A stretch of DNA of 64,000 nucleotides, from NCBI GenBank assembly GCA_964016885.1, contig OZ024742.1, positions 330,336,001 through 330,400,000 on the forward strand. Direction: 5' to 3'. The position numbers and the translations under genes were made by a program. The DNA comes from Eledone cirrhosa (lineage: Eukaryota). The notes beneath the pieces were generated by a model that was not told the DNA's origin, ran no database searches, and was given only the letters and a program-made list of their open reading frames with translations. Position 1 is the stretch's first letter; the number at the start of each line of letters is the position of its first letter. This document shows, in pieces, positions 44,240-59,227 of this stretch.

Positions 44240-45612
44240 AATACGCGCCATCATTGAAATGTCCCCAGATGTATGTGACAACACGAAGGACCTTCTCAGC
44301 AGAATCACCGAGGGTAACCGATCTAGGGACCTAAACAAACTGCATAATAGGTATTATGGATGCTGTGTCCCTGTATCCATCTATTGACGTGGATTTTGCT
44401 GTGGAGAAATGCGTAGAAATGATCAGTGAGAGCAATGTTGAATTCCATGGGATTCATACCAGTGAGCTGGGACTCCTACTTACATTTACCTATAGTATTA
44501 ATTATCGAGATACATATGACCTTAGCAACCTGTGCCCTACAAGAGCAGCAAGAGGCAGACCACCTACCATTACCTCAATGGCCAAGAAAACCCACACAGA
44601 TAGATGGAACGGGTGGACCAGAGACATACGGATCCCCGAAAACCACGATGAACTAAAGAAAATGATTGTACATGCGGTGGGGGCCAGCATAAAATTAAAC
44701 CTTAAGGAACATATGTTCAAATTTAATGGAAAAACATATGCCCAAGAGGAGGGAGCAGCCATTGGTGTTAGCATTGCAGGCGACATAGCTAACCTATTTA
44801 TGGTATGGTGGGACAGTAGACTTACACTTAATCTTAAAGAACAATTAGAAGACCCATTAACCCTGATAATGTACTCCTGCTACGTTGATGATATAAACAT
44901 CGTAGTTAAAACAACACCACTAGAGAACAGTCAGGAATTAGAGAAAAACACAATAGAAAGCATCCAGCAAATAGCTAACTCCATCCACCAGAGTATTACA
45001 GTTACTATAGACTACCCAAGCAAACACCCCAACCATCGATTACCTGTACTAGACACATAGCTCTGCTTAGATACCATTAATAACAAAAAAACAAATCCTC
45101 CATTCCCAGTATGCCAAACCCATGACTTCCAAATATATGATCCACCGAAACTCGGCCGTTTCGGACCATACCAAAATCAACATACTGATTTCGGATTTGG
45201 TACGGGTGATGAGAAACGTGTCCCGCATATGCAACCCAGAAGAACTAGAGAGACACATACAACACTTCATCCACCGTATGCAGTTCTCTGGTTACAATCA
45301 GACAGATAAAATGATAGTATATAGAGGAGCCAGAACCAAATGGTAAAAAATGGTAAATAATGACACAAATGGGATCTGCCCCATGTATAGGAGCACATTT
45401 TGGAATAGAATAGAAAGAACTAGGAATAAGGTTAATAGAATACATTCATCGTATGATATCAATAAATACCAGAGTGTAATATCATCGATACAACCCCTAG
45501 AGCTGAATTAGCTTACAAATTTAGAAGGGCCCTAGATAAACATAAACTCAATATTAAGATAGTAGAACGATAGGTACCTCCATAAAAACACTTATTAGCA
45601 ATATATACCCGT
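44240..45612 (+). pseudogene. Neptune-like PLE reverse transcriptase core and thumb
   Basis: MDAVSLYPSID, FKFNGKTYAQEEGAAIG, YVDDINI, LPVLD, YAKPMTSK; stops at 45058 and ~45344. Confidence 0.9.
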
Positions 45613-46553
45613 TGTGTAGGTTTCAATAGCAGTGGACAACGTTGTTTAGAAAATCGAATTACTAACGGAATAATGAACCCGCTAATTTTCCGTTCGATTT
45701 ACCATTCACTGAGTAATAATAAGTGGGGTGATATATATTTTCGGTACCGCCATTTTACCAATTGTAATGGATATTGTCTAGTCACATACAATATAATCAC
45801 ATAATAATTACTTCGGCCAGATAATCGGTCATAAACAAATGTAGATCACAATAATCACTGAAATCTGTTGAGAGATATTTAAGAATGGTTCCGAATGAAC
45901 ACATCTCCAGGAAAAAATTATCTTTCAAGCCTTGTAAGAAATGCATGCATTTTTTATATTATAAATATGTTTCTGATTAGATGATATCTAACTCCGATCC
46001 AACAAAATCCTCATCGAAATGAAACTCACCATGTCCATCCTGTATTTAGTTACATTGCTCTCTGTATCAACCACACTTATCAATGGTACTCTGTTATGGA
46101 TCAAATGTGATTAATATTTCTAGCAGGTTGAGCAACTAATATAACCTCAACTTCCTATTATTGATATTATGAAATAGCAAGTGATGCTCATTAGTATAAG
46201 ACCGATAATTAGAAAAATGACTCGATGGTCAAGTCAAATCCATGCAGAACGATTGTTAATGATTGATTGAATTTCATACAGATCATGAGTTATTTAATAC
46301 ATTTCTCCATGAAAATCTCTCAAACAACATTAGGAGAAAAATAAAGAAGTTATTGAAAAATTATTCCAATTATTTCCAACTATTGAATGCAATTATCGCA
46401 AGTATTTCCATTCAGCATTTAAATATTTAAATTAACAATAACAATCTCAATGCTAGGTGTAAATACATAATACCTTTCACAACACCGTTACATAAAATAT
46501 GGTAATCAACTCGACATGAAAAATAAATAGTAAAAAAGATGTTGTATACAGTA

Positions 46554-46560
46554 ACTCTCT

Positions 46561-46659
<99 letters not shown>

Positions 46660-46803
46660 ACTCTCTCTCTCTCTCTATCTATCTATCTCTATCTATCTAT
46701 CTATCTATTTATCTATCTCTCTCTCTCTCTCTCTATCTTCCTCTCTCCCTCTTTCTCTCTCTCTTCCTGTCACTCTCCACCCCCTCTCTTTCTCTCTCTC
46801 TCT
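46554..46803. repeat. (CT)n/(CTAT)n microsatellite
   Basis: Direct reading; similar tracts at 55617-55770 and 63486-63583. Confidence 0.95.
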
Positions 46804-47515
46804 ATATATATATATATAATTACCGTCAGTATAACGGTAACAGAAATAATCCACCGAATATGTTTTAAGCTCAAATAATTACAAGGTGTCAAACAGAAAC
46901 CATCATATCACACGTTGTCAAATACCCCCATAAAGATTAAGAGCAAGTATATCAGGTATGTCAAATCATTCAAATATCCTGGCAATAAAGTGAACACAAA
47001 CGTATCTTGTATGACTAGATAATTAATCGTATATGGAAAGTAAGAAGTGCATTTGGCAAGCTCCATCATATATTTTGAGTGAAATGGGTATAAAACTGAA
47101 TATTACGTTACAGGCTTACACAGCTGCTGTACTGATCTCAGGAAACATAAAATATGATTTTTTGTGGCAAATAACATAATGGAATATTTCTTTCCTGTAA
47201 AGGATATACACTTCTACCGTCATGCTTTTTTTTCTGTGTATCGCCCAGTAATTTATGATGTTTGGATACACCTCCACGCACACACACACTTGCACACACG
47301 CGCACACACACACACATATATATATAGTGATAATAATAAATGCGAAGACTAAAATCCAAAGAGGCTCGATAAGGATAAATATATATGAAATATATAAGAA
47401 CCCTAGAGCAAATATTTATTAAAATAACAGATTAAAGTTTAAGCGAAAATCGCTGCTTTCACCCTTATCGTTAAGGGTGAAAGCAGCCATTATTTGCATA
47501 CACTTCAATCTGTTA

Positions 47516-48086
<571 letters not shown>

Positions 48087-48889
48087 ATGTATAAAAATCA
48101 ATACAATATAATTACCTCATTACCAGAGGTTTCCCGAATGAGGCGAATACGAAAGAAACGTCTTTATTCGGTTGTCAGACGAGGCAATATAAAACATGTT
48201 TAAATACTTGGAAAGTCTCATCAAGAAAAGCAAAAAAACAAAAAAGATATAGACAAATGAATTAGAATATGAAATATATAATAATCTTACTAGAAATATA
48301 GTTAGGTGTGTGTATATGTATGTATATACGCTCACAGATGTGCATATATGTGTATGCACATATGTATACGTATAGTGAAAAAGTGTGCGTAAATATATAA
48401 TTTAGGGCAAATGTATCTGTATGTCTGTAATCTACAGACAGAATAGATACATCATAAGAATATGAAGGCACGCGCATAAACACACCTACACACACGTACA
48501 CTTAGATGCGGAAGTAAAAGACGTAAGGGAGTGTAATAATTAAAGGAAAGTATCAATCTCGATATATTTATAAAAATGGAACAATAATTTAGAAAGAAAA
48601 AAAAAAATAAAGAAAAAACAATAAAATAAAGAAATGAAGACAAAAAAGGTACATACATTCACACACACGTATATCTCACAAAAGAAACGCAAAAATATAC
48701 ATGCTTATATACACACGCACACTTATACATCCATACGTTCGATACATACACTCACACACACGCACACATACTTACACTCACGCATATTGACCTGTTTGCA
48801 TGCACACGCATAAAAATTAGTAAGTAAAAAACGAACAAAACATAAAACCTAGATGTAAAAACACGGATATAAAGACACATACACATACG

Positions 48890-48954
<65 letters not shown>

Positions 48955-49344
48955 ACGCGCACATACGTAGTCGCTCATGTACATATATAGAAAGTATACA
49001 CACAGTAAGGCGTTCAGCCACATTGATACAGGGCGTAAACAACTTGTGGATAAGTAAGTACAAATATAAAATTGTAAGATTGGCTGCGCAAAAATAAAAA
49101 AATTAAAATAAAAATGAAAAATATATCTGGAGTGGAAAACACAAATGACATTTGTAATCAGTTGGTGAAGGAAATAGGGAAGTAAAAAATGGAAAGTGAA
49201 AATATTAGGTAAGTGAATCGGAGAATAAAGGGGGTAAAGTAAAAATAAAAAAATAAATATAAAAATAAAAATAAATGAAATTAATGATAAGGATAAAAAT
49301 GAAAGTAAATCAGAAAGGGTAATTAAAAAGAGAATAATAAGAGT

Positions 49345-49903
49345 TTATGGAGGATAGGTATCTGAAAGTGTGTTAAGTTTATATGAGCTGGAAAGAAGGT
49401 GTGATTTCGTGTGTGGGCAACTGGTGAAAATTTCCGTATTTGTGTTCAGGGAGGTCTTTGGTGATTTTAGATTTTGCAATATCCAATATTTTTCATTTAT
49501 GCAGAGCGTGCATTTTCTTGTTCTTCTAGCATATTCTTTAGATTGGTTCAAAATTGACCAATCTAATTGATATTGGATGCCTTGGTCTTTCAAATCCCAA
49601 ATTCTGCTAGCCAGGGCTGTTGTAAATCTTTTTTTCTGGATGTCGAAAGGATGCGACATGTGAGTAATAACGCGTTTTGAATTTGTCTTGCGTCATACCC
49701 ACATATCGTTCACTGGTGGCTGGATGGTTGTTGCTGATGGTTGTCACTTTCGCCGCATATACAATGGCTTTGGTGTTGCATTTACCTTGTAATGGGCATT
49801 CACTTTTGATTCTACAGGAGCAAGTTTGATTTTCTCTAGGTGATATTTTGTTGATGATATATGACTTAATAGGGGGACCGCAGGAATAGCTAATTTTGAC
49901 ACA
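49345..49903 (-). pseudogene. Second Nematis-like PLE GIY-YIG fragment
   Basis: VKISYSC..CSCRIKSECPLQGKC..IVYAAKV..YVGMTQDKFKTR..H; WSIL..CTLCINEK..LN..E..CPH. Confidence 0.85.
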
Positions 49904-49923
49904 ATATATATATATATATATAT

Positions 49924-50426
49924 GGAAAGTTATATTTAAAATTGTTGGGTTACAACTAGTAAATATTTATAACTGATATAAAAGCACTCGACAAATATTT
50001 GGAGTATATTTACAATATTAAATAAATGGAAACTATATTTATAAAACCATATTTATTTCATTATATATATTTCGGGGATATCATATTAACAATATGCTAT
50101 GCCTTCCTCAGACAAAATACAATATAAACAGTTTTATAGATAAATAAATTGGACATACCGTAATAACACCGACTTGCATTTGGAGAGGTTAAAACAGGCA
50201 GTTTTAACCTCTCCAAATGCAAGTCGGTGTTATTACGGTATGTTATTACGGTATGTTATTACGGTATGTTATTACGGTATGTTATTACGGTATGTCGAAT
50301 TTATTTATCTATAAAACTGTTTATATTGTATTTTGTCTGAGGAAGGCATAGCATATTGTTAATATGATATCCCCGAAATATATATAATGAAATAAATATG
50401 GTTTTATAAATATAGTTTCCATTTAT

Positions 50427-50434
<8 letters not shown>
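49924..50434. mobile_element. Fold-back element H (arms 50014-50195 / 50201-50434) between TA tracts
   Basis: 5-nt spacer; right arm has five copies of TGTTATTACGGTA. Confidence 0.85.
50329..50394 (+). ncRNA. Type I HHR (family H); mirror at 50054-50119(-)
   Basis: TATTTTGT-CTGAGGA-[stem II incl. CATATT/AATATG]-GAAA-TATATA-TA-ATGAAATA. Confidence 0.75.
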
Positions 50435-50458
<24 letters not shown>

Positions 50459-50816
50459 TTATGAAGTAATTCCATCGGAAAAGTCAAGGAAAATAGACTG
50501 CTCTATGTATGCAACAGAGCTTAATTATTATTATTATGTAATAAACAACATAAGGCAATTATTCCATTTACCAGTGGTTTCTTAAAAGCAAAAGGTTTTG
50601 CTTTCAATCCTCAGAATGAAAAATCCTGGTTTGTTTATTGAATATGGATTCTAAAAACAAAAATGCAATCTATATGAAAGTGAGGCTGGAAAAGGGAGAA
50701 GGAAAGGAAAAATAAAAGAAAACTACACATGCAAACACACACCAAAAAACACAAAAGCATACTTACACACACATACACATATATACACACATATACACAT
50801 ACATACATTCATACAT

Positions 50817-50855
<39 letters not shown>

Positions 50856-50879
50856 CATACACACACACATATATATACA

Positions 50880-50935
<56 letters not shown>

Positions 50936-51325
50936 CACACACATGTGTGTGTACAAGCATACACATACACACACACATATATATACACACATACATACAT
51001 TCACACAAACATACAACGTACATACATACACATACATGAATGCACTCCACTACATATTCACACACGCAAATAAATATAAGAAAAAAATATATAAATATAT
51101 ATTAACAAATTTTTGACAGCGATACATGCCCCAGCTAACAGGACAGACACGCGTGGTAAGTAATACACACAAAAGCACATATACATACGTACGAAATAGT
51201 AAACACATACACACACTCTCACACATAAATATACATATACAAATACATAAACACGTAGTTACACATACATACACAAACACGTACACGTATATAATATAAA
51301 CACACACATGTATATGTAATTATAT

Positions 51326-51372
<47 letters not shown>

Positions 51373-51644
51373 CAAAAATATAAAAATATAAACGCACACA
51401 CACATATAAATACGTAAACACACATATACATACATAGCTAAACAATTATACACATGCAAATACGTACATATCAAAAGCACGCACAACCAAATACAAACAC
51501 ACACACACCCACACACACACACCCACACATACATAAAAATAAATAAATACACACGCACACATATACATACATACACATACATATACACATATATACATAT
51601 ACATATATATATATACATATACATACATATATATACATATATAT

Positions 51645-52218
51645 GGTGGCTGCCAACTCGTTTTCGAGTACGGCCACTACTTTATATCCATGTAGGAGAA
51701 CCCCTACCGATGCGCTGAACGAGTGTGACTTTTTAGTCCAGCCAGCGACTTGAAAGCTCTGGTACAAACACTACACTTGTGACAATTATTGACACATAGT
51801 GCTGGGCCCATGGTACCATGTGACGACAAATGCAGAGAGATCTCCAGATATAAAGCAATGCCTGTGCCGTGAAGCTTTTATAGTGAGCAAAGGCACTGCA
51901 CAAAGCCAGTCCCACTCTCTTAACCAAGATGATATTTACCAAAAAGAAGAACAAGTCAACATCATTGGATACCATCAGGGTTGCAGGTGTTATATCAGAG
52001 TTTTCCTTCTCCTAGAATTCTGCCTTGACAAAGGCTAAGGGGTCATCTCTCCCGGTGATTTTGGATGGCCATTGACTCTTAAGAGCTCCTTTGCCTTTTG
52101 ACAGGTTTTGTTTTTAGTCCTGCAGGATGTCCAAAGTCACCCTCCTCACCAAGAAACCTTGGTGGGGTTGCCAGTTTAGTCGCCAACGACCCGACCATGG
52201 GACAGGTTGTACTGGAAT
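51645..52218 (-). mobile_element. Probable RTE-clade LINE 5' UTR fragment
   Basis: Minus strand reads AGCCTTTGTCAAGGCAGAATTCTAGGAGAAGGAAAACTCTGA, resembling the motif I recall from RTE 5' UTRs. Confidence 0.45.
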
Positions 52219-52439
52219 ACATATACATATATATATATACACATATATATATACACACAAAAATACATACACATACACATAGGTATGTGAAGGGCAAAAC
52301 AAAAAGAATATATGGGGGGGGGGCTAAGAGGAGGTAAAAATATAAGGGGAGGTAAGGGAGAAAAAAATTTTAAATATACAAGAGTACAGAAGGTAGAATC
52401 AGCAAAATAAAAACCGTAGCAAAAGTAAAGAGCAGAGAA

Positions 52440-52600
52440 GGAGTTCAAGGCGGTTGATTTATCGTAGGAGTGTCAATCCAGTTACAGATCAGATGCGATC
52501 AGAACAATTCTTTGTGCCCCTTTGGTACTCCCTCGAATGGTCTAATATAGACCAATCAATAGAGTACGGGATATTACTATCCTTGAGATCCCATACCTTA
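52440..52600 (-). pseudogene. Short Nematis-like endonuclease fragment
   Basis: VWDLKDSNIP/YSIDWSILDHSREYQRGTKNC, similar to IWDLKDQGIQYQLDWSILNQSKEY in the 49345-49659 ORF. Confidence 0.65.
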
Positions 52601-52900
52601 CTTGTGCGTGGGTGTATGTGTGTATATAATTGTATAAATTGTGTGTGTATATGTATGTATATGTGGACAAACTAGGCTTTTTTCATTCTGAAGATTGAAG
52701 GAAACCTTTTTTTGCTTTTAAGAACCTCTGGTGAATGGATTAATTGCCTTGTATGGCTTTATTACTTTACTACTATATATACGTTTATGTAAGGTTCATT
52801 TGTCTTATCTAATACTGAGCTTTACACATACACACATGTATATGTGTGTGTGTATGTGTATGTATGTGTATGCATGTGTGTATGTGTACGTGTATGTGTG

Positions 52901-52935
<35 letters not shown>

Positions 52936-53207
52936 GTATGTATATGTATATATATATATATATGTATATATGTGTATATGTATGTGTATGTATGTATATG
53001 TGTGCGTGTGTATTTATTTATTTTTATGTATGTGTGGTTGTGTGGGTGTGGGTGTGTGTGTGTGTATGTGTGTTTGTGTTTGTATTTGGTTGTGCGTGCT
53101 TTTGATATATACGTATTTGCATGTGTATAATTGTTTAGCTATGTATGTATATGTGTGTTTACGTATTTATATGTGTGTGTGCGTTTATATTTTTATATTT
53201 TTGTATG

Positions 53208-53258
<51 letters not shown>

Positions 53259-53646
53259 ATATAATTACATATACATGTGTGTGTTTATATTATATACGTG
53301 TACGTGTTTGTGTATGTATGTGTAACTACGTGTTTATGTATTTGTATATGTATATTTATGTGTGAGAGTGTGTGTATGTGTTTACTATTTCGTACGTATG
53401 TATATGTGCTTTTGTGTGTATTACTTACCACGCGTGTCTGTCCTGTTAGCTGGGGCATGTATCGCTGTCAAAAATTTGTTAACATATATTTATATATTTT
53501 TTTCTCATATTTATTTGCGTGTGTGAATATGTAGTGGAGTGCATTCATGTATGTGTATGTATGTACGTTGTATGTTTGTGTGAATGTATGTATGTGTGTA
53601 TATATATGTGTGTGTGTATGTGTATGCTTGTACACACACATGTGTG

Positions 53647-53698
<52 letters not shown>

Positions 53699-54127
53699 TG
53701 TATATATATGTGTGTGTGTATGTGTGTGTGTGTGTGTGTGTATATGTGTGGGTGTGTGTGTGTGTATGTATGAATGTATGTATGTGTATATGTGTGTATA
53801 TATGTGTATGTGTGTGTAGGTGTACGCTCTTTATATATATATATGTGTGTATATGTATATGTGTATATGTGTGTATATATGTGTATGTGTGTGTAGGTGT
53901 ACGCTCTTTATATATATATATGTGTGTATATGGATATGTGTATGCGTACATTTATATATATGTATATATGCATGTGTGTGTAAGTATGCTTTTGTGTTTT
54001 TTTGTGTGTTTGCATGTGTAGTTTTATTTTATTTTATTTTTCCTTTCCTTCTCCCTTTTCCAGCCTCACTTTCATATAGATTGCATTTTTGTTTTTAGAA
54101 TCCATATTCAATAAACAAACCAGGATT

Positions 54128-54187
54128 TTTCATTCTGAGGATTGAAAGCAAAACCTTTTGCTTTTAAGAAACCACTGGTAAATGGAA
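54128..54187 (+). ncRNA. Type I HHR (family I); mirror at 50562-50621(-), degenerate copy 52681-52740(+)
   Basis: TTTCATT-CTGAGGA-TTGAAAGCAAAA-cc-TTTTGCTTTTAA-GAAA-CCAcTGG-TA-AATGGAA. Confidence 0.85.
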
Positions 54188-54233
54188 TAATTGCCTTATG
54201 TTGTTTATTACATAATAATAATATATATATATT

Positions 54234-54284
<51 letters not shown>

Positions 54285-54420
54285 ATATAATTGGAAATTT
54301 AGTAAAATCTAATCTCTGGCGGTATGCAAGTTAATTCGGCCTAATTATATGAAATGATGAGTTAGGAAAGCACTCGATAAGTTAGGGCCTTAGAGTAATA
54401 ACATACGTTTAAATAGCTTG

Positions 54421-54459
<39 letters not shown>

Positions 54460-55723
54460 AACTAAATATGTTTAATAGTAATATATATATATACGCATGT
54501 ATGTATATCACATTTTTCCTTTGTTAATAATTTCCAAACGGCTTCTTGATTTCCATTATGTTGAATTAGTCATATTATCTAGAGAGGGATAAAAACGGTG
54601 ATGTCTATGAATGTTTAAATTTCAGAAATGGAACTTCCCTTCGAAGTCTGGGTCATATATTTGATGCCCCACAGCATATTGATGCAATTTAATAAAGGAA
54701 AATGTTTTTGGTAAGCACAGCTTAATAAAGAAATGAACAAAAAAAAGAATCATGATTTTATTTACATGTTAATATTTAGACCTCATAACATTGCATACAT
54801 CATATCCACGTTTGTGCAGTTTTAATGATGGTGATCATATTTTATCTTTCATTAGAATCAAATTATTTCAGTCTCAGCACACTCTGCGGTAAACGTTTGC
54901 AGTTTCTAGCAAAACAAGTTTATGTTGAATAGGTATATATTTGAAATACCAATTCCCTCTATAAATTTTTGAGGAACGACTGTAATGTGGAAATCATTAT
55001 GTTATCGCTTGCGTACTTTTGTCGCAGTTCTGAGGAATTTTTACTTTTTAGCCTTCCCTCTGATATATCCTTGTACTGCTATGTCAATTATCCCACTGTG
55101 TCGCTCATTCTTCCCCACAACATGACTGTCAGGCATTCTCTGCTGGGTTACATTATCTATTTGACACGTAAAATCACAAAATATTTTGGCATTTTCATTT
55201 TGAAACACTTTTTCCGGTTTGTGCCGATACCAATTTTAAATAGTTTCACCACACTACTGTTGATATAGTATTACTATAGCTTCTACTAGATTGGCAAACA
55301 ATGAAATGGTTGACGAGAATATCTCGTTGAATTCAATCAAAGTTTCTACGTTATGAGTACAAATACCGGCTTTTGGCTTTGGTTTTAACCATTTCGTCAA
55401 AAGGTTTCCTGTTTCTCCCAAATGATTCTTATTTCATACAGAAAAAACATTGCATTAACAGAAATTCAAAAATGTAGACGTCAAACATTGTTCAAGCGAA
55501 AGTACAAAAAACTATGTTTGTGATAAGCATATTTTCACATGAATTCGTAGCATATATATATATATATATACTAAATCAACACACAGGTGGTTATTTCATA
55601 TCTCTATCATTGTTGTCCTCTCTCTCTCTTTCTCTCTCTCCTCCTCTCTCTCCCCCCTCTTTCTCTCTATCTCTCTCTCTCTCTCGCTCTCACTCTCTCA
55701 CTCTCTCTCTCTCCCTCCTTCTG

Positions 55724-55755
<32 letters not shown>

Positions 55756-55786
55756 TATTTCTCTCTCTCTGATATATATATATATA

Positions 55787-56308
55787 TATCAAAATAAAGA
55801 TCCGAAAGCATGGTATAAATGTCCAATCCTTTTAATCAGGACACGTGTTTCAATTAGAGATAGATCGATCGTGTAGCCATGATCGATTATCACTGATCTC
55901 GTCAGGTGAAAATGAATTGTCTTCAAATCATTGATATGAGGGAGAAAATTAACGATGTTCACTCACAGAGTTTAGTCCCTCATACGAGGGACTAAACTCT
56001 GTGAGTGAACATCGTTAATTTTCTCCCCCCTATCAATGATATAAAGACAATTCATTTTCACCTGACGAGATCAGTGATAATCTATCATGGCTACACGATC
56101 GATCTATCTCTGATTGAAACACGTGTCCTGATTAAAATGATTGGACATTTATACCATGCCTTCGGATCTTTATTTTGATACAAATCCTCCGTTTTACATC
56201 ATCTAGCTGCTCCCATAAATGGAATTGGAGATATACAAAAGCATGGAGAACTTAATATTGGTAACATAAAGTTATTGGTCCATTTTGCACAACCAATAAT
56301 GCACCTTA
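55787..56308. mobile_element. Fold-back element J (arms 55787-55981 / 55986-56180) between (TA)n tracts
   Basis: 4-nt loop ATAC; one HHR per arm. Confidence 0.85.
56058..56131 (+). ncRNA. Type I HHR (family J); mirror at 55846-55909(-)
   Basis: tcac-CTGACGA-GATCAG...CTGATT-GAAA-CACGTG-TC-ctga; stem I short with a C-C mismatch. Confidence 0.7.
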
Positions 56309-56309
56309 C

Positions 56310-56429
<120 letters not shown>

Positions 56430-58275
56430 CGATTAGTGTAAGTAATACAATCTTCGTCGTAATCAGTGGTGGATTTCTCCAGGCAATTCATCTATACTTA
56501 TTTCAAATATACAGCCACATACAGTCTAGATAGTTAAGTATCTAATATTTTGTGTATGTTCATTTCATGAATTTACATCAAATACTACAATCATTACAGC
56601 TGTACATTGATGTGTGAAAAGGGATTTGTCAGCTGTTTTAACCAAGCCTGGCGAACGCGTAGAGCAACACATGATTATTAGTGTACATCTAATGATATTA
56701 CTGAGTGCGTCAGTGGATTTTAAAAAAGTGAGAAGGGTCTACCAGATTCGATAAATAAAGGTATCCATTCTCAATGTGCTTAGGTTTTGTTGACCATTTC
56801 CCCATCAATGACAATGTGCCTAGAGACGTCTCCTGATCGTTATCATTGAGTATCTCACCCTTACCATCCGCACTCCATGCTGCCATGCTTCAAAGAAAGT
56901 TCAGTACATTATTGTCATCTTTAAAGAACAAAGTTGACTAATTATGGGGTTTGCATTGATATACTAGGCTCCATCTTCCTGCAAACGTCAGTTTATAAGA
57001 AATATGACACTTCGTGGGACGCAAAAATACTAGATTGGTTAAAACAAACATAAGAAGCGTATCTTGTTGAGTGGATGATGCTGAACTTTTGGGCAGCTTC
57101 TTACAGAACCCCACGCCAAATTTTGTCTTGGGAAATGCATTAGCAATTTCCTTCGCCGGGGCAATGAACAACATGAATCGGATGTTTTTCAAAGAGCATG
57201 AGATGATATAATATGAAGTCTCATGTCGATTTGCGATGATTTTTCATCTTTAGTAGATTAGCATTTCCATTTTATGAAAAAACATCCCTATAAATTCGAT
57301 GTGTTATTTTCAAATAAATCAGTAGGAATAATATGCAATAGGAAATAATTGAGGGGAAGTAATACGATGAATGACAATACTTTATAGCTGATACATGAAA
57401 TATCTACTAATATTTGTGAAATAAAAACAAAGAAATTTAAATGTCAATGACAAACGTTTTGGAAGTACATAAATAAGAAATGTAATAAGGTTTTATGCCA
57501 AAAAATATTGTTCTGCGTTAAGTAGAATAAATCATTTTAAATGACTGTGCTATTTACACAGAATCACACTTGTTTAAACACATAGAGAACGTGTAGCAAA
57601 CAAATATAGACATATACAGTGTACAACAAAATGATTTACAACAAACAAGACCACTTATTTGAACACATGCTATTAAGAGCATATGTTGTTTAGATCTTGT
57701 GAATTAACGAGTAGAAAACAGTGTGTGAAAGGTTACACACAGCCATAATGAAATAATCTGCTAATCGACGAAAATATTCATATATATTAATTAATATTAA
57801 CAGACATTATTATCGAATCATTCAAATCGACAAGAAACGACACAAATGCACATTTAATAATTCATACATATTTCATAGACACTGTCACATCTAACAAAAT
57901 TCTACAGTATTTTGTCATCTTGCTTACTATCTAATTTAAGAAAATACATTCTGGAATCTCCGAGTATGTTAGCCATCGTATTAAAACTTTGATAGAAAAA
58001 TAAATGTACGAAAATAACATTTTTGTTCAGATTTCCTATAAATGAGAATAAGAAAAACATTAGGAAAATCCCAAAGTTAAAACTAAATATATACTAAAAC
58101 AACACAATACCACGCAACGCCCGCTATATAATTCTGACAAACACAGACAAACCTGAAATATACAAAGTGAAATATTAATAAATGTGAATAGACAAAAGAT
58201 TGAAATATAGAAAATACTACGAGAAGTGTAGAACATGAACATATATATATATATATAATTTAATATATATATATA

Positions 58276-58387
<112 letters not shown>

Positions 58388-58727
58388 TTCATATTGACGA
58401 ACAAGAACACTCCTAAACTGAAACGTAACTTTCAAATGTCTCCATCAATAAAGAAACGCAATATGTTGTCTTAGTTTTAATAAAAATAGATACGGCTTAT
58501 CAAATCCCCAGGATAAACTAAAATTATTCGCAACTAAAATATACCCCAAAATACACTTATACTTTATTTACGCCCAAAGCAAGGATTTGTCGGCAAGAAA
58601 TTCGTTACACAACTCTGTCCTTTCAACTGCTCACTACTATACTACGAAGGTGTAATGTAAACAAATGCGATGCCAATTGATTTTCGTAGATGCAATTTGT
58701 CGGCAAGCCATTCAGAGGTATAGATAC

Positions 58728-58910
58728 CTGACTCAGGGATTTATACACGACCAAATATAACTCCAAAACCATTGTCTTGAGGGCCTTTTGCAGATTATGC
58801 TGAGCTGCTCGCATTTTCGCCATGCTTCTGATGACAGAAGGATTACATCCTGTATTCCAGTCATACTCAGCTACTCTGAAAAAAGAATCGATGACGAGAT
58901 ATTGCATTTT
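58728..58910 (-). other. Possible isolated exon (183 nt)
   Basis: T-rich tract + TTTTCAG acceptor, CAG|GTATCT donor, one open frame; no recognisable protein. Confidence 0.25.
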
Positions 58911-59227
58911 CTGAAAATTATAAATTTAAAATAAAAAAAACATTCATATGATTTTAAAACAAGAAAGGAGTAAGGATAGGTGCTAATAAATTTTCCCGAA
59001 TACAGAAATACTTAGAAAAACAGATCTTCGAGAAGTAGCTAAGTATTAATCACTATGAAACGCAAAAAAATATATATATATAATGTTTATAGACATTTGT
59101 AAAAATGTTGCTCCAAACCTCTAGTTGAAATATACACCACGTTCATAATGTGCCTAAACACATTCAATGATCTACTCTCATATCCAGAAACAATATATGA
59201 AATAGTCAACAAGGGAGAAATAATTGT

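Larger units (their letters stand above)
50525..54222. repeat. Large inverted repeat (arms ~50525-51644 / ~52910-54222) with a mosaic spacer
   Basis: Mirror ORFs 51050-51307(-) / 53277-53534(+); HHR near each outer end. Confidence 0.85.

Noticed and set aside
56938-57192. Non-repetitive 84-aa ORF (also 21791-22057)
   Set aside because: No motif or splice support recognised.
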